Assembly: GCA_951406725.2 (NCBI GenBank)
Contig: OX597832.1
Location: 10,602,001 to 10,666,000, forward strand
Direction: 5' to 3'
DNA from: Octopus vulgaris
Lineage: Eukaryota
Length of the DNA stretch: 64,000 nt
Shown: one piece after another, positions 25,655 through 36,945 of the stretch
Numbering within the stretch: position 1 is the stretch's first letter
Layout of the letters: each line of letters opens with the position of its first letter
Translations under genes and position numbers: made by a program
Notes under the pieces: generated by a model
Database searches by the model: none
Seen by the model: the letters and a program-made list of their open reading frames with translations, nothing else
What the model was told of the DNA's origin: nothing

Positions 25655-26012
25655 GGTGTTGCTGCTGCTACCACTACTACTATTGTTGTTGTTGATGTTA
25701 TTTGAATTACTTAGATCTACCGAGATAGACGTTGCCATTTATCATTCCTGCACCGATAAAACAAAGTATCCTACGAGTAAAAGTTTCCGTATAATCTACT
25801 GTCCTCTCCCTAAAATGTCTCTATCCAATTTATCAATGCATAAAGGAAAAATAAAATTCTTCTATTCTTTATAATTTCGCGCCATTTTGGCAATTTGTCC
25901 TTATCCGTTGCCCACGTGTCAAATAATCGATTATTTATTATTATCTCTTTATATATATATATATATATATATATGATCTATATATGCAATATGATCTATA
26001 TATATATATATG

Positions 26013-26440
26013 TACTCTTTTACTTGTTTCAGTCATTTGACTGCGGCCATGCTGGAGCACCGCCTTTAGTCGAGCAAATCGTCCCCAGGACTTATTCTTT
26101 CTAAGCCTAGTACTTATTCTATCGGTCTCTTTTGCCGAACCGCTAAGTTACGAGGACGTAAACACACCAGCATGGGTTGTCAATCAATATCGGGGGTGGG
26201 AGAGCAAACACAGACACACAAACATATACACATACATACATACATACACACATATACATATATACATAAATATATGAGATGGGATTCTTTCAGTTTCCGT
26301 CTACCAAATCCACCCACAAGGCTTTAGTCGACCCGATGCTATAGTACAAAACACTTGCTCAATGTGACATGCAGTGGGAATGAACCCGGAACCATGTGGC
26401 TGGTAAGCAAGCTACTTACCACACAGCCACTCCTACGCCT
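26013..26440 (-). mobile_element. SINE family C (tRNA-like head, CORE-like segment, internal microsatellite)
   Basis: Reverse complement of the 34829 and 59852 copies. Confidence 0.9.
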
Positions 26441-27273
26441 TGGTAACCTGGCACATTTAGACTGTGTAAATACCCTAGTGTTTCATACAGCTTTTTTCTT
26501 TTATTTTGCTTATACGTTGTCCCTTTAATGTTATAGTCCTTTGTTACCAATAGAGTATTTTCTTCTAAAGTGCAGAAGAATAGACCGGTTGTTAGATCTC
26601 CGTTCAAAATAATTTGCGGTATTTGTATGCGCTGTTTCCCTTAGAAGTGCCTTATTCCGCAGAGGTTTAATTTGCCGGTCTTCCTGCGTGGGTGAAAAAT
26701 TAGTATCAATTACGCACGCGCATCAATGTGATCTATTTTCCTTACTTCTAAATATAGAGTCCTAGTGCCTGAATTGCTGCAGTTGTTGTTGTTGTTGTTG
26801 TTAATATACAGGCAGCCAGATGGCAGAATAGTTAGCATGCCGAACTAAATACTTGGCATTTCGTTCGGCATTAGGTTTTCATTTCAAGCGCTACCGAGGC
26901 TTAGTTTGCCTTTCATCTTTTCGGGGTCCATTCGACTTATGCCCTCCCACGAAATTGTTGGCATTGTGCCAAAATTACTATTATTATTAAAGAGTGAGAC
27001 AGAGTAGCTTATGCCATCAAAGTGACACTTGGGTACAAATATGCGGGGCCCATTCTAGCCATCATAAGTACACATCTCATAAAGGTACGCCTGGCCCGTT
27101 CATCACAACCACATGTGCGCGACATGGTCGGCTCTTTACCTCAGATTTGTATCAACTACGCACGTGCATCAGCAAAATCGATTTTCCTTACTTCTAAATA
27201 TAAACCCATTGTACCAGAATTATTATTATCACTGTTTTTATTGTTATTATTATTATTATCATTATTATTATTA

Positions 27274-27314
<41 letters not shown>

Positions 27315-27516
27315 TCTACTATAGGTGCAAGTCCTGAATATTCAGGCAGCGAGATGTCAGGATCGTTTATTATTATTATTATTACCATTACTGAGTCCAA
27401 CTTTGCCATTCATCCTTTCGGAGTCTACAAATTAAGTACCAGTGAAACAAAGGAGTCGAAGTACTCGACTAGTCCCCTCTCCACAAATCCCCGGCCCTGT
27501 GCCTACAGTAGAAAGG

Positions 27517-27559
<43 letters not shown>

Positions 27560-28059
27560 GCTGTTGATATTTTTGTTGTTGTTGCTATAGGCAACAAGAA
27601 GAAAGATTTTAAATTAGTTTTTCTTATAGCTATTTGACAGAATTCAAATTTGACCTCTTGTTTTATCTCTATGGGGGTCAACCAAATATCCTACCGCTAA
27701 AGTATTTAGTGTCGGTATAATCTGCAGTGGTAATAGAACATTTGTGTGGCCAAGGAACAATTCTAGAAAAACATTCCATTTATGTAGTAATATACATCTT
27801 ATTATACATCTCAATGCCGTTGCGTAACTGTTTCATGTCTTCTACGCCAGTTGAACTCCAGTAATCTGTTTAAGCCTGTGGTGCGTTGCAAATAAGCATG
27901 CAAACTCATCGACATTCTTATACACATCCAGTTTCGCCTTCTCATCTGCTCTCACACTCACACGTCTTCACTCTCTTCGTCTCTATCCTTACAGTCATTA
28001 TTATCATCATCGTCGCTGCCAGCACCGCCACCAACTGCCTCCATCGTAATCATCATCCG

Positions 28060-28169
28060 CGTCGTCGTCACCATCATCATCATCATCATCATCTTCCTCC
28101 ACGTCATCATGGTTTACCATGCTAAGAGAGCAGCATTTAATGCTATTAAAACGTGTTTTATTGTTGTTG

Positions 28170-28207
<38 letters not shown>

Positions 28208-28393
28208 ACGAATAATAATAATACTGCTACTGATAAACAACTTCTGCCAGTGCTACAACCAGCAGTAGTTGTTGTGTTTGTAGCATCATCATCATCATCA
28301 TCATCATTATCAGTAGCAGCAGCAGCAACAGCAGCAGCAGTAGTGGTTGTTGTGGTGATGATGGCGGCGGCGGCGGCTGTAGCAGTAGTGGCG

Positions 28394-28428
<35 letters not shown>

Positions 28429-28507
28429 TCTGGTGGTGGTGGTGGTGGCGGCATCAGTAGTAGTAGTGGTAGTAGTAGTAGTAATAGAAGTAGTAGTAGT
28501 AGTAGTA
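28060..28507. repeat. Compound (CAT/TAT/CAG/TAG/TGG)n trinucleotide field
   Basis: Directly visible; further (TAT)n tracts at about 27240..27312, 27518..27558 and 37036..37084. Confidence 0.9.
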
Positions 28508-29549
28508 AGAATATTGCAATATCAATGTTATGAGTTCTTCAAATAATAGAGTATATAATCTTATGGTTTTGACACAATAGTAGGAATCATTTGCAGTGTC
28601 ACTGTAGACACAAAGCATGGTTCCCAGCTATTATGATTCCAATTCTCGTTTGCTTCAATTTTTACATAAAATATAAATGGGATTAAAGAAATTCTATAAG
28701 ACTTATATTTTGCCGTTTCTCTCTTTTTGTCGTATTTCTTCATTTCTTTATATCTTTCTTTCTATTATTACTCATGCATTTTTACTTTTCGTTGTTTTCT
28801 GATTTATTTATCATTATCTTTCTTGTTGTGGTAGATGACGATGATGTTGATGATGATGATGATGATGATACTGTAATGAAAGAAATACATGTTATAATCA
28901 TTGAAGTAGTGGCCGTGACCATGAGATAATTGAATTATAAGAAGTTGAGCGTCGTATAGATTTGAAAGCTGTATAGATTTATTTAAGTTGAAGTGAGAAC
29001 GACCAATTATGAAACATTTAAACGTCCCAGCTGAAACGAGGACAATTCATGGCTCAAAAGGGTTGGAGAACAGTCTGTAATGTTTCTATGTTAGTTAGCA
29101 CAAGCATCACCATTGTTATCCTCGTTATCACCATTATGATCGACTGTCAGCATCTTCAAGACCATCATCTTTACAAACATCATTAGAATCTTCACCCTTA
29201 TCATCGACATAATCATCATTAGCTTCAACACGATCGTCATATCATCGCCGTCGCTGTGGTCTTCCTCTTCGTCGACGTCGTAGTTTATATTATCACCGTC
29301 AAATGAATCGACGTCAATAGTATCATCGATGTTATAGTAATTAGGAAGTCCATCATCATCATCATTATGGCAATAATCATCATCGTTATCAACATCAGAA
29401 ACAAAATTATTGTTTTATCATCGTTGATACAAGCGCCCACATTACATATTACAGCGCCGATATTACAAATATCCACATGAACAACATCTGAACATCCGTC
29501 TTGTTCTCCGCTTTTATAATCATCACACAGACAACATAGGGTAAAGTAA

Positions 29550-29879
29550 CCCTTTTGCCATGAATGACCATGGGATAGCACTTAGAGAGTTTCCCTCCAA
29601 TGCAAAGGTCTTGGCAAGGTTAAGGAATACCAGCAGTCACTCATGCATACCAGACCCCCTCCTCTCTTCTCCATGCCGCCGATGTTATCCAAGGGAAAGG
29701 AAAAGGCCGATACAGCTTGGCGCCGGTGACGTCTCAACTCATTTCTAAAGCTGAGTGAACTGGAGTAACGTGAAATAGAGTGTCTTGCTCAAGAACACAG
29801 CACAAACCCGGCCCGGGAATAGAGGTCACTACATACGATTGTCAGCCCGATGCTTTAACCACTGAGCCATGCAGTCTCA
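29550..29879 (-). mobile_element. SINE family A, reverse orientation
   Basis: Reverse complement matches the 35602 copy (AACCACTGAGCCATGC, CTTGCTCAAGAACAC, GATACAGCTTGGC, GACCATGGGAT). Confidence 0.85.
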
Positions 29880-30321
29880 CATAACATCGACAACATAACT
29901 ATTCTCATACCAATCATAAACAATAACACCACCATCATCATCATCATCATCAAAACTATCTTAATAGCCATCATTATCATTGTCATCATTATAGCAATCA
30001 CGATGGTCGACGCCATTATATTTGTATTAAATATAGAGTAGCTGGTTCCTAAGTTCAGTTAAAGAGCTGTATAGACTTTGTATGACACACTTCCAAATAA
30101 ATGTACATAATATCTTCCAGAATTATTCCGTCTCCCAAACAATGTATTATAAAATTTTGAATTTTACATGGAATCCAAACCGCAATTATTTCCATTATAT
30201 TATTACATTAAATATTAACGTTAATTAACACCATTATTCTTCGAGTGTTTTCTTTTTATATGTTCAGTGATCGTATTTTATCAACACACATGGTCACATA
30301 CATATGCGCTCATATTGGGAA

Positions 30322-30349
30322 ATATATATATATATATATATATATAACA

Positions 30350-30400
<51 letters not shown>

Positions 30401-30419
30401 TACATATATATACATATAT

Positions 30420-30454
<35 letters not shown>

Positions 30455-30503
30455 CACGTATATATATACACATATATATATACACGTATATATATATATA
30501 TAT

Positions 30504-30536
<33 letters not shown>

Positions 30537-30812
30537 TAAAAATATACATACATGCATATATATATATACATACATATATTATATATACATATTTCGATAT
30601 ATGTATATATATGTACGTGTATATATATATATATTTATATATATACATACACTATTAGTATCATTTATATGTTTCTGTATGCATGCGTACATAGTTATAT
30701 TTCCATGCGTTTACCTGTGCATATGTGGATATATACACCCATATCTATATATGCATACATTTATACACACACATACATTATATTCATAGACAAACAGACA
30801 AATAGATAGATG

Positions 30813-30860
<48 letters not shown>

Positions 30861-30875
30861 CATACATACATACAT
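30322..30875. repeat. Interrupted (TA/CA)n field followed by (GATA)n(CATA)n
   Basis: Directly visible; similar (TA)n fields at about 38690..38930, 40460..40635, 41800..41885, 47015..47250 and 60733..60882. Confidence 0.9.
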
Positions 30876-30954
30876 ATGCATATGCGGTGTGCTTCTAATT
30901 GTATATACCTCTACTTTATATTGTGTACGCTTTCCGCAATGAATATGAAACCTG

Positions 30955-31310
30955 TAGTGTGTATAAACAAATCATGTCTTTTGTTGCTCTCATATTATTT
31001 CTGCACTTCAGGGACTTCAGTAATTTTTTTACCATTCTTTCCCATGAATCTCAGTATTTGGCTTTGCTTGTTTCATTCGACCAGTTCCGCATTGAATGAC
31101 AACATATTGGTGCAACGCCATTCAAGGATTTCTTTAAGATTGTCTTGTGGGTATTCCAACTTTGCCATGTAACATAATGCTTTCGCTTTCAAGGAACTGT
31201 GCCGCATTTGCTCGTTTTCCATACACTCTATCCACCGCTGCAAAACTGAATGTGTTGCCGATGTAAAACAGTGCTACATGCTTGAACACGATGTAATCAT
31301 TGGCGACAGC
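30955..31310 (-). mobile_element. Possible internally deleted mariner-like remnant
   Basis: Minus strand has ATGGAAAACGAGCAAATGCGGCAC (MENEQMRH, like the MExxxxxRH start of mariner transposases); highly decayed, TIRs not confirmed. Confidence 0.3.
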
Positions 31311-31371
31311 GCATATAATTAGATTTAAGACTTGATATTGGACAATTTAGTGTTATCCAGAATATTTTTTA

Positions 31372-31760
31372 AAATCTTTTACTTGTTTTCTTCATTGGTC
31401 TGCGGCAATGCTGGGGCAGTCATGAACTATTTAGTCGAAACAATAGATCTAAGCACTTTTTTGTTAATAAAAGTGTGGTACTCGTAAGTTCAATCGGTAA
31501 CTTTTGCTGAACACTTAAGACATATGAACGTAAACAAACCAACCACAGTTGACATGCATTTGTGTGGCATAAAGGCACCAACATTACAGACATACTCACA
31601 AACACACTCGCCCACACATGCACACGCATACACTTACACACACGCACACATACACACATACAGGTACATAGAGAGACCATGGGTTTTGTTACAGTTTCCC
31701 GTTACTAACTTCGTTCTCAAAATTTCCCCAAGGTGAAGGACTGAACCGATAAACACGTCT
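31372..31760 (-). mobile_element. Old, diverged SINE family C copy
   Basis: TCTTTTACTTGTTT...TGCGGC.ATGCTGG.GCA, CTTTTGC.GAAC, CAGTTTCC and an internal (CA)n tract in family order. Confidence 0.6.
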
Positions 31761-31856
31761 TGCAAATTGAGTTTCTTAGACATATAGCCATGTTTTGAAG
31801 CATATGTGAGTGTGTACACGCACACGCGCGCGCGCACGCATGCACATACATATATA

Positions 31857-32212
31857 GTGGAGACACAATGGCCCAGTGGTTAGTGCAACGGACTCGCGGT
31901 CGTAGGATCGCAGTTTCGATTCCAAGACCGGGCATTGTGAGTGTTAACTGAGTGAAAACACGAGACACCGGCAGGGGGCGGTGACGAATCCTGATGTATT
32001 CTTTTACCACAATTTTCTCTCACACTTTCTTTCTGTATTTTCTAAGGGCCATCCATGTTACACACTGTGCCACGCTGAATCTCCCTGAGAACTACGTTAA
32101 GGGTACACGTGTCTGTGGAGTGCTCGGCCACTTACACGTTAATTTCACGAGCAGGCTATTCCATTCATCGGATCAACTGCCACCCTTGTCGTCGCAAACG
32201 ACAGTGCCACGA
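31857..32212 (+). mobile_element. SINE with family D head but a different 3' half
   Basis: Head matches the 44381 copy; 3' half (GAACTACGTTAAGGGTACACGTGTCTGTGGAGTGCTC...AGTGCCACGA) matches 43711..43938. Confidence 0.85.
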
Positions 32213-32421
32213 TACATATATATATATATATATATGTGTATGTATGTATTTGCGTGTGTGTGTGTTATATAATAACAGCTACAAGGTCTAATGTAAAAAA
32301 TATGATAAAAAAGAGTATAATTCATAATATACTAATAATAAATTGGAGGTTCACTCGGAAGCTATTTCAAAATAAATGAATAGGCAAGTTACTACTTGTT
32401 AAGATGTACGATATAATTTTA

Positions 32422-32678
32422 CAGTTCTATATTTAAGAGATGAGGAATTATGAACATTATTTACATTTGACGGATACATGTCGTCTTGTTTGTTGTTAAC
32501 CCAACATTTCGGCTGATATACCCTCCAGCCTTCATCAGGTGTCTTGGGGAAATTTCGAAATTGGGTTCTCATTCCTAAGGTATTTTTCGATGTTGTTGTT
32601 GTTGTTGTTGTAATTATTCAGGTCACTGCCTGGACGACGAACTCGGAATTTTGGGGTTAGTAACCCACGCTCTTAACC
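32422..32678 (-). mobile_element. tRNA-headed, hammerhead-bearing element (candidate Penelope-dependent SINE), left arm of an inverted pair
   Basis: Minus strand reads GGTTAAGAGCGTGGGTTACTAACCCCAAAATTCCGAGTTCG...CCAGGCAGTGACC (A-box remnant, anticodon arm, B-box-like), then an (AAC/AAT)n linker and GACAC-CTGATGA-A-GGCTG...CAGCC-GAAATGTT-GGGTT (ribozyme with two substitutions). It is the reverse complement of 32674..32884. Confidence 0.75.
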
Positions 32679-32884
32679 CCAAGATTCCGAGTTCGATTCC
32701 AAGCTGTGAGACCTGAATAATAATAATGTTATTAATAATAACATCGAAACATACCTTAGGAATGAGAACCCACGTTCGAAATTTCCCCAAGACACCTGAT
32801 GAAGGCTGTAGGGTATATCAGCCGAAACGTTGTGTTAACAACAAACAAGATGAGGACAAATATCCGTCAAATGTAAATTATGTA
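32674..32884 (+). mobile_element. Same element, right arm (5'-truncated, hammerhead intact)
   Basis: TAACCCCAAGATTCCGAGTTCGATTCC (B box), (AAT)n linker, then the hammerhead at 32791..32836. Shares 5-nt microhomology TAACC (32674..32678) with the left arm. Confidence 0.75.
32791..32836 (+). ncRNA. Minimal type I hammerhead ribozyme (Penelope-like-element type)
   Basis: Stem I GACAC(32791-95)/GTGTT(32832-36); core CTGATGA (32796-802); stem II GGCTG(32804-08)/CAGCC(32819-23); GAAA (32824-27); palindromic stem-III remnant AACGTT; predicted cleavage after GUU at 32831. Matches the established minimal hammerhead layout of Penelope-like elements. Confidence 0.8.
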
Positions 32885-33589
32885 AGTAATGAATATAATT
32901 TTAGCTAAGAAATACAACACGATGCTCAGGTAAAGAATTAATGAAATGTAGAATATTACATATTTAGTTTATATGGTTGGAAATATTTGATGAAGCGTTG
33001 TAGATACGTTGAGGAAATAGACTGGTGTATTAATGACTCGACTACGTAAAATAAAATATGCTTTCTATATTCCAATGTATCCAAATGATATTTTTCTATT
33101 GTCTATAGAGATGACCTCATACCCTGAGAGAAATCTTTTCTCTATTGCTATCAATGAAATGCTTCTTTACATAAAGCAATGAAATCAGACTTATAAACTT
33201 TCGAGGTCGTCATGGAAATCTTATATGGCTAAGGCTCCTCGTAATCTCATGATTCTCTGAATTTCAGTTAGCGTATTTTCATTTATGTCTGATTTTAATA
33301 TATTTTTTATTCTATTTTAACGAAAACTTTTGCCGTTATTACTTTTATCACCCGTAGCATTTTCTCCGAGTGTTTCAATTTTTACGTGTACTTTTGTAAT
33401 TATTATAATTATTAGTACAATTATTATTATCATGGCGTCTATTCTTTCCATAGTCATGCCAACTATTTCTTGTCTTTACATTAAAAAGAGAACATGCTCC
33501 TTCAAAATTACTTATCTTCAATGTCCTATCAGCTAGCCATGCCGTAAGATTACTATCGGAATCAAATGCATAGATTAATAATAATTATA

Positions 33590-33805
33590 ATCCTTTCTAT
33601 TAAAGGCACAATGTCTGAAAATTTAGGGGAGGGGACTAGTCGATATACATCGCCCCCTTTTTTCACAGTTACTTAATTTATTGAAACCAGAATGGAGGAA
33701 AAGCAAAGTCGGCGTCGGCAGAATTTGAACTCAGAACGTAGTGATAGACGAAATATAGCTAAGCATTTCACCCCGCTTGCTAACGATTCTGTCACCTCAT
33801 CGCTT
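33590..33805 (-). mobile_element. SINE family B short-tail copy
   Basis: GCAAAGTCGGCGTCGGCAGAATTTGAACTCAGAACGTA...GCTAAGCATTTC...GCTAACGATTCTG. Confidence 0.8.
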
Positions 33806-33885
33806 TAATGATAATAATAATAGTAATAATAATAATAATGATAATAATAATGACTTTTTTTAGACACAGGGACGTAGATGAGGAA

Positions 33886-34107
33886 GACATTATAAGACCA
33901 ACATTTGTGACAGGGAGGAGGGGGATATCATAAGAACGAAATTTGTGATAGGTAGGAGGGGGATATCATAAGAACGAAATTTGTGAGAGGTAGGAGGGGG
34001 ATATCATAAGAACGAAATTTGTGAGAGGTAGGAGGGGACATCATAAGACCAAAATTTGAGACAGGTAGGAGAGGGACATCATAAGAACGAAATTTGTGAT
34101 AGATAGG
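33886..34107. repeat. 38-bp minisatellite, about 6 copies
   Basis: Unit GATATCATAAGAACGAAATTTGTGAGAGGTAGGAGGGG starting at 33886, 33924, 33962, 34000, 34037, 34075. Confidence 0.93.
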
Positions 34108-34828
34108 ATTACATAAGTCATGAGAAAAGAAGAAGAGACGGTGATATGAGACAAAGTAATAAACAGTATATAAAGTATGGCTTAACATGGATGATACAAC
34201 TCTTCTGATACTGGAGAAACTCCAGCTAGAGCAAATCGAAGCATTATGCAGATCCCTGACCCACAAAGGCACTAACTCTCTATCCTCTGCTGTTCTATAA
34301 TCTACAGGCATATAATTAGAATATTTTCGCAAATTCTCGAAGGGGCAGTACTTCTCTCTACCAATCCACTTTCCTTTCCAAGTGGAAACTGAAACAGGAT
34401 GAATGATTGAACGAAAGGAGAAATACCTTACCTTATTCCTTTCTTCCTCGTTCACCTCACCAAGCCTTACATCATTTCCACTAGACAGGAACACCACCTA
34501 CACTGTCTTGTTAAAAGTGAGTGGTGAGAAAATTTTGTGTTTGCGTGTTTGTATGTTTATATGTGTGTGTATGTTTGTGTGCATGTGTATGTGCCCGCTC
34601 GTTAAACAAAGCCAGGAACACAGGAACCAAAAATAATGGAATAAATCGCACTTTTGGAAAGAGAACCAAGCACAAGCTAAAAGCAGGTATAACATGCAAT
34701 ATGTAAGTCATCGCTCCCGAGAACAGCCCGAATGTCGCATAATTACGAATAGCAAAGCTGAGCGTAGAGTTGCTTTTCAGGAAATATGAAATAAACAGGT
34801 AAAATACCGACTGAGTTTCTCCAACTTT

Positions 34829-34991
34829 GCGCAGGAGTGGCTGTGTGGTAAGTAGCTTGCTTACAATCACATGGTTCCGGGTTCAGTCCCACTGCGTGGC
34901 ATCTTGGGCAAGTTTCTTCTACTATAGCCTCGGGCCGACCAAAGCCTTGTGAGTGGATTTGGTAGACGGAAACTGAAAAAAGCCCGTCATA

Positions 34992-35038
<47 letters not shown>

Positions 35039-35270
35039 ATGTTTGTGAGTCTGTGTTTGTCCCCCTAGCATTGCTTGACAACCGATGCTGGTGTGTTTAA
35101 ATCGCCGTCCCTTAGCGGTTCGGCAAAAAGAGACCGAAAGAATAAGTGCTGGGTTTACAAAGAATTAGTTCTGGGGTCGATTTGCTCGACTAAAGGCGGT
35201 GCTCCAGCATGGCCGCAGTCAAACGACTGAAACAAGGAGAAGCGTAAAAGAGTAAAAAAAAAAGAGTAAG
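34829..35270 (+). mobile_element. SINE family C, full length
   Basis: GGAGTGGCTGTGTGGTAAG A-box-like, GGTTCAGTCCC B-box-like, CTTGGGCAAGT (CORE-like), internal (TA)n(TG)n, 3' GCTCCAGCATGGCCGCAGTC and (TAAAAGAG)n tail. Confidence 0.9.
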
Positions 35271-35601
35271 TACTTTACCTATTTGAAACATGTAATATTT
35301 ACTTTACAAGGGTTGATTCATGAGAATATGAAAAGATATAACTAAGCTACGAAGACGATATAAGACGTTTCTCATAGACTCCTATATCTGAGTAGATCGA
35401 AGGCAATTTTCTGACTAAGTAGTTTGATTACCTGTACGTAGATGTCAAAGAAAGTTTCCCGTTGTCAGTAGTCTTGGTCAGTAACAAGCAGCGGCTTGTT
35501 AATTGATTGGACAGCAGAGTACCATTAGAGCATTTATTTATACTGTCTTATTTATGTATGTGTGTATATATGTGATTATTGTTGTTGTATATATTGTATG
35601 T

Positions 35602-35937
35602 GAAGGCGCATGGCTCAGTGGTTAGAGCGTCGAGCTTACGATCGTGAGGTTGTGAGCTCGAATCCCGGACCGGGCTGCGTGTTGTGTTCTTGAGCAAGGC
35701 ACTTTATTTCACGTTGCTCCAGTTCACTCAGCTGTAGAAATGAGTTGCGACGTCACTGGTGCCAAGCTGTATCGACCTTTGTCTTTCCCTTGGATAACAC
35801 TGGTGGCGTGGAGAGAGGAGGCCGGTATGCATGGGCGACTGCTGGTCTTCCATAAACAACCTCGCCCGGACTTGTGTCTAGGAGGGTAACTTTCTAGGTG
35901 CAATCCCATGGTCTGAGTCGTGACCGAAGGGGGTCTC
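35602..35937 (+). mobile_element. SINE family A, full length
   Basis: A and B boxes; centre GTGTTCTTGAGCAAGGCACTTTA...CTCAGCTGTAGAAATGAGT (CORE-like); flanked by ATATATTGTAT on both sides (35589-599 and 35941-951), a likely TSD. Confidence 0.9.
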
Positions 35938-36349
35938 CGGATATATTGTATATAGAATGTCATTGTCCTCTTCCTATGTAAGAGCATTCATTGCAAACTC
36001 TTCAAAGAGATATTTCGTAAGACGTCGTCGTTTGTCGTATTCCGCCGGGATCGTTGAGATAAGTAACAGTTAAGCACTGGAGTCGTTGTAATCGAATTGC
36101 CCCCTCACCCAGAATTTCAGATCTTGTGCATATTTCAAAAAGAATCGTTGTTATTATTATTTAGGCGAACAAAATGATTAGCAGCATTTTTTCCTTCTGA
36201 GCTCAAATTCCGCCGAGGTCAAAGCTTTGCCTTCTCATTTTTCTGAGGTCGCTAAAATAAATACCATTCGAGAAGTGGGGTCTAGGAAATCGATATTAGC
36301 TTTCTCTCACCGAAAATGTGTGGCCAGTTGCTTATAGTAGAAATGGCCA

Positions 36350-36779
36350 TCCTTATAGGATGGTGAGCTGACATAATCGCTAGCACACCGAGCATAATGC
36401 CTAGAGGGGTCGCTGAGATAAGTAACAGTTATCTCAGGGTTGTCCTTATAGGATGGTGAGCTGACATAATCGCTACCACGCCGAACATAATGCCTAGAGG
36501 GGTCGCTGAGATAAGTAACAGTTATCTCAGGGTTGTCCTTATAGGATGGTGAGCTGACATAATCGCTACCACGCCGAACATAATGCCTAGAGGGGTCGAT
36601 GAGATAAGTAACAGTTATCTCAGGGTTGTCCTTATAGGATGGTGAGCTGACATAATCGCTACCACGCCGAACATAATGCCTAGAGGGGTCGTTGAGATAA
36701 GTAACAGTTATCTCAGGGTTGTCCTTATAGGATGGTGAGCTGACATAATCGCTACCACGCCGAACATAATGCCTAGAGG
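36350..36779. repeat. 93-bp minisatellite, about 4.6 near-identical copies, SINE-derived
   Basis: Unit starts TCCTTATAGGATGGTGAGCTGAC at 36350, 36443, 36536, 36629, 36722; each full unit has the 9-bp inverted repeat CTGAGATAA/TTATCTCAG (8 bp in later units). Confidence 0.95.
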
Positions 36780-36945
36780 CATTAAGTGCATGTTTGAGTT
36801 CTGAGTTCAAATTCTGTGGAGGTCGATTTTGCCTTTCATCCTTCCGGGGTCGATCAAAGAAATAGCAGTTGAACATTGGGGCCGGTGTAATTAACTTACT
36901 TCTCCATTAAACCTTCAGTCTTTGTGCCAAAATTAGAAAGAATTA
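36729..36945 (+). mobile_element. SINE family B copy whose head seeds the upstream 93-bp array
   Basis: GGATGGTGAGCTGACATAATCG...GTTCTGAGTTCAAATTC...GGTCGATTTTGCCTTTCATCCTTCCGGGGTCGAT. Confidence 0.8.

Noticed and set aside
30245-30809. Many YI/IY, VC/CV, poly-L/V/S/Y ORFs here and throughout the window
   Set aside because: Translations of di- and trinucleotide microsatellites.
33928-34497. 189-aa minus-strand ORF
   Set aside because: C-terminal part is the 38-bp minisatellite, no domain is recognisable, and the opposite strand looks more coding-like.
36350-36779. CRISPR-like appearance (regular repeats with hairpins); also 33886..34107
   Set aside because: No unique spacers, whole units repeat, eukaryotic context, no cas genes.
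36307-36876. 189-aa ORF with a 31-aa repeat
   Set aside because: Antisense translation of the 93-bp SINE-derived minisatellite; open only because the period is a multiple of three.
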